From contig NC_045138.2 of assembly GCF_008831285.2 (NCBI RefSeq), positions 16,368,001-16,432,000 on the forward strand: a stretch of 64,000 bases of DNA. The letters run 5' to 3'. Positions 54,151 to 64,000 of the stretch are shown one piece after another; positions within the stretch are counted from its first letter, which is position 1; the number at the start of each line of letters is the position of its first letter. Made by a program: the position numbers and the translations under genes. The DNA is from Nymphaea colorata (lineage: Eukaryota). The notes beneath the pieces are model-generated. The model did not search any database and had not been told where the DNA came from. It saw only the letters and a list, made by a program, of their open reading frames with translations.

Positions 54151-55877
54151 CACAAATATGTATGTTTTTACGTGTATGAGTTAGAAATATTGCTCCTGAC
54201 CCATTTGTCATGCCTCATGTTATGTTATTTTGTTAAATTTAAATGAATACATGACTTTATCAAGGTTTATTTGGCGGAAAATATGCATTAAATCAGTTAT
54301 ATTGGATACTTGATACACATAGTAGAAACAGAGGCCCTGTGGGGCCTAACTTGTGGCTTCTTTGATACTTGCGAGAAATGAAGGCCTAACTTAAACTTCT
54401 CTTTGGAAGCTCTTTATGATTCCCCTTAAAATTTTGGACAAACAAACATCACAAGCAACAAGTTCTTTTGCTTTGCTACGTTTATATGGTTCAGCAAGAA
54501 AAAGCCCAAAACTTCCAAATAAACTAAAGGGGTGTTTGATGAAACTAGAATTGTGAAATTCTAGGATTAAAATTCTCATTTTTTATGAAATCAGGATTGC
54601 ATTGTCAAAGAATTTTGTTTTCGCAATTATAGGTTCATTCCTGAATCAAATTCCAGAATTGTGATTCTATTCTACGGGGTGGAATTATGGAGCAAAAATT
54701 TTAGATTTTTTTTTATATCTCTTTAAGGGACAAAACATAAATGTTTAAATTCATGAATTTTAGAATTTTAATTATTGTACTGTCAAATATGTCATTTTTC
54801 AATTCTCAAATCAAAATTCTGAACAATCAATGATAGAGGGAAATTCAAACTCCAACTCTCATTTCAATTTAACTCTGGAGTGAAAATTTTGTTTCTAGAA
54901 TTTTAGTTATAAAATCAAAATTTAAAGTTTTCAAGCGTCCCCTAAATGTATTATTTAGTAATTATGCAACTAACCGTTGGAAAGTTCACATTTTCAACCT
55001 CATATGTATCTAAAAAACGGGAAGTCAAAGAACATAAATCGAGCTCACCCTTTCTGCACGTCCCTTCCATCGGCTTCCACTGAAAACCAGCGTTGCATAT
55101 ACAGCGCCTCGTCCCATTGCCTGCAGCAATAGGATCCATCGTGCATGTTGAGTTGGGCACCGCCACCGAGCAGTCCGCCTGGTTCCGGCACTCCAATTCC
55201 GGTGGGGATCTCCATTGAACCTCCACTCCTTCCTGCCACTCCTGTATCGGCAACGCCATGTTCAGGTTGACGTAGCTCTTGTATGCTGTACAAACCTGTA
55301 AGAGTATATTGTATGGTAATTGGGCTCGCACGGCGCCAGTGCGTGTGCAGCAAATGCTCCAACTCCGGCAGGTTGCCACCTCCTGCGGTCCCTTCTTCAG
55401 ATAGGTCCAGCAACTGCTGGAACTGGAGCTCTGATTGGAGCAGTCGTATACTTCTATCTTGGTCATTTCAGCGGTGCAATTCAGCAGGAAGATCGTGTTA
55501 TTTGCTGTGAAATTGAACGGCAAACTTTGGTTCAGCTTAATGCCACTGTAGATGAAATCGGACGTCCGGCACGAATTTCCCATGAGTTCCGCCGGTTGAA
55601 GGATGAATGTTTGTGACAGGGGATCGATGCTTGTTATGGGATAGTCCGCCCCTCCTTCGCTTCTCAAGAACAGAGCTCCAGCGGATGTGTTGCAGAAAAC
55701 CGAGTAACTGGGGTCGCCGCATCCTGGTGATGTGCTGAGCGGGTAGGGAACGGAGAACGAGCCGCAATTTCCACACTGTTTTCCGGCAGAACAGATTAAG
55801 AGATGGAGGATGGTAAGCCAGAAGATTGAAATTCCGAAGGACGGCAAGCAACGTATCGAAGCACGACCAACTTCCAT
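51884..55877 (-). CDS. WAKL20-like receptor kinase W4, ~639 aa; exons 55877-55049, 53994-53932, 52911-51884
   Basis: Intact frame across GT-AG phase-1 introns; kinase motifs intact; stop 11 codons earlier than in W3. An alternative in-frame ATG lies at 55910. Confidence 0.92.
54528..54942. mobile_element. Tourist-like MITE in W4 intron 1 (homolog in W3 intron 1 at ~46985-47378)
   Basis: TAA|AGGGGTGTTTGA...TCAAGCGTCCCC|TAA: imperfect TIR with TAA TSD; GAATT-rich interior shared with the W3 intron. Confidence 0.7.
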
Positions 55878-57311
55878 GGTGATCGTGCTGCAGCAGTATT
55901 GGATAAGCATATAAACTTACTCTTAACTCTATACCGTAGTTATAGATATATATAAAAAAATTGAATGGTAACTCTAGTTATTTAGACTTACACATTTTTT
56001 TCTTATTTTTTTAACTATTTATTTGTTTTAGATGGACGGCTTTGGTTAAAGGGATAAGTGACTCTACATAACTAAAGTCATCGTTCACTCATATTATATA
56101 TATATATATTATCTTCTTTGAATGTTTCAAGTTTTTATGTTTCATAAATTTATAATAGTTTTGATATAGAGTCTATAGATCACATTCATTGTGTAAACGG
56201 TAGAAAAGCAAGTGGATTTGAAAAGTCTATTTTAAAGTTAAGTTAGTGAAATGTAAGACCTTAAGTAAGTCATGTTGATCGCGACCTGAAATCAACTTAA
56301 GTCTTGTTGTTGTGTGAACTTTCTCATTTGGTTGTCCTCCTAAACCTTGGTCTTCAAACTCCTCTCATTATAAAAGGAACAAGCCAAAAACAAGGTGCTC
56401 ATGCTAAAACGTCAAAGGAAAAAAATTGAGAGAACTTTTAATTAGTTGATCGCATTTAGTATATGATGTGTCATAAACAGTTAAGTCAAACTGGATCTAC
56501 TTGTGTTAATTAACAAAAACATTTACAATTACTTTGGGCAGATAAGAATTTATAGGAGGTATACATGTGCAAGAGCTACAATCGACATTAAGGTAGTGTT
56601 TGAATGTGTGGTATTGCCAGATTTCGGCCATGAATGAAGGATGCCAAGAAATGGGGCCTTGCCTTGCCTGGGAGCTGTCACAAATCAACTTCAGGATCGC
56701 ATCTAACTCTTAGTCATCTGGCTTTTATATCTTTCTTCTTCTTTCTGAATTTAAGCTTTACCTACAAATCCACTTATCTAAATGGATATTTTCCAAACAA
56801 AAAACACGAAGATGTGAAACAGTAGAAATCTCGTAGATTCTAAAGTTGAATGAGTTAAAACTAATGTAAGAGAGGATTAATTATAAGTTCTATGGATTAC
56901 ATCCGCACATTAAATTTGACCTTCAAAGTTAATTTAATGCAACCAACCCTCCATAATGAAATTGAGTTTAATTCGGTCACTTCCTTCATTCGATGCCGTG
57001 GGCGATCAAGAACGAGTGGTTTTATTACTAACTAAACATTGACGCAGACACGGTTGAGTTCTCCTGTTGGAATGGCTCGTTTCACATGGCCACTGGGTCC
57101 GCAAAGTGCCAGCGGAACACGGACTTTGCAATCACGACAGCCGATTAGAAGTCGCAGATTACAAATTAAGAATCTTTTAATTGTTGCCAGGCAAGTAGGC
57201 TCATTGTTAATGTGGCATCACAAATGGACATGGATCCACTTAAAAGCAGTAAAGGATATGTGCTTGTTGGCACCCAGCCACCCTGGGCTCAACGCCACTT
57301 AATTGTATTTC

Positions 57312-57774
57312 TGTAACACCCCAACCTCACACAGACCCATCTGAATGATTGCAACCCGCTCCCAAACAATTTTGATTCTAATCCAAAAAAAAAGTTAAAG
57401 AACCAAAACAACTAATCACTTAACAATTTTTTCTATAAGTCCTCCAAAATTCTTCACAATCTTATATACATGATTAAACTTTTCAAATGAGGCCTTATTA
57501 TCCAAACCACTGAAGGCACATGCGTCTGGGCGTGTGAAAGCCTAGGTTCCAATGCTGAACTGGTTCTGATACTACTGTAAATCTACTATTTCACCAAGCT
57601 TGGACTTGGGCTCTTAATTTAACGAATCTCAACTTACCCTTTAACAATTCCAGTTTCAGCCGCAAAAAAGATATGAACCATAACAACCAATCACTTAACA
57701 ACCCCTTTATAGGTTCCTCAAAATTTTTCACAATCTAAGATGTAGAATTAATCTTTCCAAAGTGGGGGTTTACC
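57312..57774 (-). mobile_element. TRIM (miniature LTR retrotransposon)
   Basis: Two ~190-200 bp diverged direct repeats (57312-~57499 and 57576-57774; shared AATCACTTAACAA, CACAATCT); reverse PBS GTTCTGATACTA (57563-57574, near TGGTATCAGAGC for tRNA-Met); 5-bp TSD ATTTC on both sides. Confidence 0.75.
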
Positions 57775-58938
57775 ATTTCACTTGTTTGTTTCACTGGGGA
57801 TCTCAAATCCATAGTGATTTGAGAACACTAGGATCTAAAGTCTATCGATTTAAAAGTTAGACACAACCACCCCAAAAAAAAAAAAAGACAATATGAATTT
57901 AAATCCACGATTTTTTTTTTTTATATGTAACGTGGATTTAAGATTCACGTTACTAAGATCCGATCTTATAATATACACCTTTTCTTGCAACAAGATCTAT
58001 CAACCACTACCTTCGTTGGTCGCGGTTTTAGATTTGGCCCTTACCATTTTTTTGTTTTTTAAATGTTACGTTAACGTGGGAGAATGGGAGACTAGCTAAG
58101 ACCTGGGTGTACGTAATCTAGTCAGATTTTTTTGTCTGGTCAGATATTTGTCTCTTTGGTGCTCGGATCTTGGACAAACTCAAACTTGATGTGGATTTAA
58201 TTAATAAATTAGCTCATTGCGGAGACTAATTTGAGTATTAATTTTGGTGTGGATCCACGTACGTATGAATGCGCCGAATTTATAAGTTGATTTGAAGCAT
58301 AGAAGCCTTCCGTATTCACATATTGTACGAATGTACACACTTCTTGTTTTCTTTTATTACTAGTTTTGATTTGTTCTTTTTTCACAATTCTTAAATGTAA
58401 AATATTGGTTCCTTTGAAAATAAAAATTTGACTTAATTTGATCCAATATCTTCAATCCCTTTGCTACTTGCAAACTGAAGGTTCGGTTCCAATGAAGAAA
58501 AGTTTAGTATGTTTTTGGATGAACAAGTGATTAACAACGATGTTGGAAAGAAGCCTGAAGGTCAAAGGTTCCTGGCTGCATCGGAAAATGTGAGTCATAA
58601 AATTAATCTAAAATTAATAGAAACAAAGTTATTTTCTTTAGCTTTTCTTTCATGAATTGATGAATAAGTTAGGCGCACGTACGAATGCGCCGATCCACTT
58701 AAACCGTTGCATATAACTTTCCATCAGGTGTGTTAATCAAGTCAATTTTTACATGCAACTACTTCTTTTGGGGCTAACCAGATTTTCCATGTAGGCCAAA
58801 ACTGTAAGACGACATCAGATGGAATGTGGAATGTGGAGTAGGAACGATGTATGACCTAGTGGATGTAAAGAAATGATATCATGAATGTGAAATATTATCA
58901 AACACCATGTTTGGTCTCTAGTTGTTAAACATCACTAC

Positions 58939-59131
58939 CAAGGGTGGAGACAAATTTTTCTAGACAGGGGCCGAATTAAAGTTTTTAAATTTTGACAATG
59001 ACCAAAATATCATTTTTCAAAATTTTTATATAGAACAATTGAAATTTAATAAATTTTACATATAATTTTTTTTTTAAATTGAAGTGGGGCCATGGCCTAA
59101 GCGCGCCCTCCCTGCCTTGGCTCTTCCCCTG
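58939..59131. mobile_element. hAT-type MITE
   Basis: CAAGGGTGGAG...CTCTTCCCCTG; 8-bp TSD atcactac/atcaccac. Confidence 0.7.
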
Positions 59132-59494
59132 ATCACCACAATATTGAAAAGAACAATGAATGAACAAAATGTGCTCCCCTATAAGCTACCAATATTGTAC
59201 ATCATCCACTAGAGGACCTTGGCCTCATTCATGTCATTAATTATCTCCGTGAGAGGACAAAATGGTTTGCATTTGGGTCCAATTCGGCCTTCATCAAACT
59301 CTACTTAATTAGGGTTTAAGTAGTTAGAGTTTGTTTGACAATCATAACAACTGTTATCATTGCATGAACTTATCTAAAAAATTAGAGTACATTTATAAAA
59401 CAATCTGGTTAAGGTAGATTCGTAGAACAATTTTGAAAAATCTACACCATTTTTTAGGACAAATTCATGAAACAATAATAACTTGTTACAGTTT

Positions 59495-59618
59495 AAGGAT
59501 AGCTTGGTGACAATAACATGTTATTGTCCTATTAATTTGCTTTTATAGTGTTTCATGAATCTACCTCATTTTTTGGGTAGATTCGTGGGACAATAACAGT
59601 GTGTCGTCAAACTGCCCC
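59495..59618. mobile_element. Short Tourist-like MITE next to a related partial copy (~59327-59490)
   Basis: TTA|AGGATAGCTTGGTGAC...GTCGTCAAACTGCCCC|TTA. Confidence 0.5.
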
Positions 59619-59727
59619 TTAAAATCTTTGCTCGAAAGAACACAAAATTAGAGATGTAAATGGTTCAAATTCAAAATCATGAATGAGCTGCATGATTCCT
59701 AACATCTAGAGTTACCATTTACTCATT

Positions 59728-59728
<1 letters not shown>

Positions 59729-59771
<43 letters not shown>
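59729..59771. repeat. (AT)n microsatellite
   Basis: Directly visible. Confidence 0.9.
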
Positions 59772-59774
<3 letters not shown>

Positions 59775-60444
59775 CATTTCAACAGTACAACATTTTTGCA
59801 AAATCATATCCCAGTACCTTTCATAGAAGCAACAAAGCTTGCAAAGGAATAATCGTGCGAAGCTCTTAAAATGAATAAACTCATATATTTCTTTGCATAT
59901 TTAATTTGTTCGACATTAAATCAATTCCTTCACCAAATTAAGCTCATCCGAGGATCTACATACTTGAGCCAAAATTTAGGTCCGTACTTGTTATGTCCCC
60001 TTGATATCTCGACTGCAAATTAAAAAGAAAGTATAAACAAAATAATAATCAAAGCACAAGATTGATCAAGCTAACAAAGCTTCCTTTCTGTGATGCGGAT
60101 TCGAGATTGGAACCAATGCCAGGCCCAAGCATCTTCAGATACCCCTGGTTCTCCGCTACACGGGCATTGCTTCTGCCTGTGCAAAACTTAATGAGGAGAG
60201 GTAAGCTGCTCTTTGCAAAGATGGCATTCTCCATATGGGATGGAAGAGCATAGTGAACCCAACACAACGTTCTGAATCCACAAGTCACACTTGAATAAAA
60301 TATGAAAGCACATTGCTAACAAGATTATGAACATGACTACCCAGAAACATGAACTACTTTGAAAACCCAATTCTAAGGCTACCATCAGCATGTTTGCTGC
60401 TAACGATCTACTCACTCTCCTCCACAACTTCTTTCTACTTGGAC

Positions 60445-63400
60445 TTATGTCTCTATGGATGCAGCAAGGGTAGCATTTTGCTCGCTTATAATGATGTACT
60501 GAATCTCCTCTGCTACTTCCCTCATCGATGGTCTGTCTTGCTTTCTCTCCTCAAGGCAACCCATTGCCAGAGACAGAAACGCCTTCATCGTCTCCAAACT
60601 GCTTGATGAAGATCCCCATTTTAACTTCTCATCCACTACTTCCAAGAACTTCCCTTCATCCACTCTGTGTTGAACGTACACAAATAAGTTTACTTCCTTT
60701 GGATCTCTGTGATAGTCTATGACGTTCTTGGATGTCAAGAGCTCAAGCAGAACCACACCAAAGCTATACACATCACTCTTGTCTGTCAGCTGGTAGTTTC
60801 TATAGTACTCAGGATCTAAGTACCCAATTGTACCTTGTACACATGTCGATACATGTGTCTGCTCGGGCTCGATCAGCCTAGATAGCCCGAAATCCGAGAC
60901 CTTGGCATTGCATTTATCATCGAGAAGAATGTTGCTTGATTTGACGTCGCGGTGATAGATCGGAGGCATTGCTGAGGAATGAAGGTAGGCAAGGCCCTCT
61001 GCAGTTTGATGAGCAATGGACAGTCTTTGGCGCCAACTGAGGAAGCCATATCTATCAGTGTGGATGTGTTCATAAAGATTTCCATTGGAGATAAACTCAT
61101 AGACCATGACCGGCTGTTCTAGCTCAACACAGCAGCCTAGCAGGCGGACAAGGCTTCTGTGGTTCACCTGTGATAGGATGCTCACTTCATTCAATACCTG
61201 GTCGGTGCCCTTAGTGCTATCAACCTTGGCGATCTTGACAGCAATTGGGGTGCCATCTTCAAGAAAGCCCTTGTAGACTTCTCCAAAACCGCCTTGGCCG
61301 AGAAGCCGATCCTTAGAGAAAGAGTTTGTGGCCTTCTTCATTTCTCTTCCACTGAAGAGCTTGGAAGATCTCCCACCGCTGTTGGCTGACAGAATCTGTT
61401 CTCTCTCTTTTCTTAGCATCTCAAGTGCTTCCTTGGCTAACTTTTTCCTTGTATGTAACCGGAAGGCGATGAACACCAAGGAAAGCGCTATTGTAGTTGT
61501 TAAGCCTGTCCAATGCATCATGAAAGAAGATTTCAGTAATAAAAAAAAAAAAGATCATTTCTACTGGAATCTTCAAGCAACAACAACATTCCCATATTTT
61601 TGCTCAATTATGTCAACTTTATGTGCAGGTGCAGAGACCAGTTTGTGGGTCCTAAATAACTTCTCCTAGAACATCCCGTTATTCTAAACGTGGTAATGCT
61701 CAGTAATGCCAAAGATTGATTCTAGAAATTAAACAATCATGTGAATACCCACACAAGAGAAACTGCCTGCAACTACACTTTCATGAAGCATATTATGGAC
61801 TTTCTGAGCTTCTGATTTATTGACTTTCCACTATGTATGTAAGTTTCTGTCTTGTCATTTTCAGAACAGCATGATTTTGATGGCAGAAGGAGATGGCTAA
61901 CTATGGTTGCCAATGCCCAGGGAGATGAATGAAGACCAGTGGAAGTATCTACTACTTATGTGAAATGCTATATGTTCAAACAGACTATTGGCTCTAAAAA
62001 ATGAGAACGCGAAAGCCTTCAGAGTTTGTAGTCGAAGAACTTTTTCGATCTGTAATAAAAATCTTACAACAGAAACCGAAAAGAGACGCATTTCTAAAAC
62101 AAGCATTCGGGGGCATTTGATAACCCTCAAAAAGATTTCACGGTCTACTGAGAGGTTGAAGCATCATTTCATCATACATATTCAAATAAAAAAAGAAAAA
62201 AAGTGAAATCCTTTCATTCTGTAAAGGCCAGAAAAATAAATTGGATACAGTGGATACAGTCACATAAACACACAAAAACATGCTGTCCAACAGTCCATGT
62301 ATGTTATAATTAACGGGATTACTGTACAAAAAATTGAAACTCAAAGAAATCTTTCTGCCTGTAATTAAGAAGAGTACTTTCGTCGCTTTACCTGTTACAA
62401 GAGCGATATACCCTGCTTTATGACATCTCCACCCTTTCCGACACACTATGGTGACTGCAACACAGGGAAAAATGAAAGTAAAAACTTTATGACGGGAAAG
62501 AAATAAGCAGGGAAGCTTACAGACCATCAGATAGTGAGAAAAATATCAAGCGATCATCAAATAACCTGTGTGTGGTTCGTGCATCCTGACCCGGCCACTG
62601 GTGAGGCCCATGTATTATTTTGTTCAATTAATTAAACAAATGGATGTCTTTATCATGTTTTATTCTGTGAAAAAGAACATTAATCAGTCACTTAGGATAC
62701 TTGATACAGAGACGAAAACTGGCGGACAGGAGGAGCCTATCTGGTGGCGCCTTCGAAATTTACAAGAAATAAAATTACATTTATTGTAAACCTTTCCTTG
62801 GAAACTTACAGATCCTCTTAAAATTTTGGAAAATTCACAACCTACATTCGTTGCAAGAAAAAGCTCAGAACTTTTCACTGAACAAAATCGTAAGATTGTG
62901 TTTTACAGTTGGAAGCATATTGATAAGGAAAAATTGAAATCAACAGGCTACCGGATGTCGTCAGATGCTTAATGTCTAAAACCTAACAACTAAAAGCACC
63001 ATTAATTTAAAACTCCATTAAATCACCTTAAATCTAATAGTCTTTTCACGACTGATATTTTTGTCTCCTCCAGTTTGCCCTTACATGGGACGGCTTCCTT
63101 TTCAAATACAAGGGCATCTTAGTCATTTCGGTCTCAAATTTCCACCACCCTTGTTCGGGGCGAACATACAACAATTTCCGAAACGAGCTACCCTCTATTT
63201 TTCTGTTATTTTTCACATCTAAACATTGAACGTAAGGATAAAGGATAGTGGAATAAAGAGAGAAAGCCGATAAAATGGGAATATATAACAAATTTGAGAA
63301 TAAGAGGTCCCCTAAATACAAAAACAAAGAGAGAGAAAAGAAATGTGGGAGAGAGGTATAGTAGTCGAGGGCCAATAAGAGAAAATCTTCTCTTGTTTTA

Positions 63401-64000
63401 GGACTAGTTTTTCCCACCTCTTCTCTCTGTCCCCACATTTATTTCGATCTCTTCCTTTCTACTTCTCTATTTCCACCTACTCCGAGAGAGAGCAATGATG
63501 GTAGAAGACGACTCTAAGAAAGAGGGGGACAAAGAAAATTGAATTAGAATGGAACGGCATGAAACGGTCAGCATACACAAATATGTCTGAAGACTTAACA
63601 TATATATCTTTGTCGGCATACAACATAATATACGAGTATATCATAGATATTATTTGTATAATCTTCTCTATATTTTGGTACCAAAACAAGCAATAGTTGT
63701 CGAGTTCTGCACCAACTTGTGGATGCAGTTGTGTTAGTTTCTCAATCTATCAATCTATTTCTCATTTCAAAGTATTAAAGCTTGCAGATATTGATTATAA
63801 CCTCACGTCCGAAGAAAGAAAAATTAAAGAACACAAATGGAGCTCACCCTTTATGCACGTCCCAGTCTTCGGATCCCACTGTAGACCACCGTTGCATTTA
63901 CAGCGCCTTGTTCCATTGCCTGCGCTCTGATCCTTCAAGCATGTTGAGTTGGGCACCGCCTCCGAGCAGTCCGTCTGGTTCTGGCACTCTAATTCAGGCG
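60445..64000 (-). CDS. WAKL20-like receptor kinase W5, 5'-partial; exons >64000-63848, 62454-62392, 61505-60445
   Basis: 3' end of ectodomain exon (PELECQNQTDC..CKCNGGLQWDPKTGTC), 63-nt exon 2 and intact kinase exon; exon 1 runs off the window. Confidence 0.9.

Noticed and set aside
63046..63689. ORFs and extra sequence in W5 intron 1
   Set aside because: Probably a TE remnant, but no termini or domains could be established.

Overview
Eukaryotic (angiosperm) nuclear DNA with spliced genes, microsatellites and MITEs; no prokaryote-type systems are present. The left half holds three + strand copies of an intronless clade-IV BAHD amine N-hydroxycinnamoyltransferase (agmatine coumaroyltransferase-like): one with both clade-IV signature motifs altered, one pseudogene and one canonical copy. 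The right half holds five - strand, 3-exon WAKL20/WAKL15-like receptor kinases (W1-W5): one divergent copy, one frameshifted and probably chimeric copy, one with a slightly shortened C-terminus, and one cut by the window edge. Between the arrays (about 25-33 kb) lie the two features the gene annotation does not explain. The first is an orphan C-terminal fragment of a GH81 beta-1,3-glucanase/glucan-binding protein between Tourist/Harbinger-like ends. The second is an indel-free inverted repeat with 303-bp arms and G:U-biased mismatches, apparently in the first intron of a spliced non-coding transcript (candidate hairpin-RNA or young MIRNA locus). Several TEs have recognisable TIRs/TSDs (CACTA, hAT MITEs, Tourist MITEs, a TRIM). 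All calls are by eye; no database searches were run.
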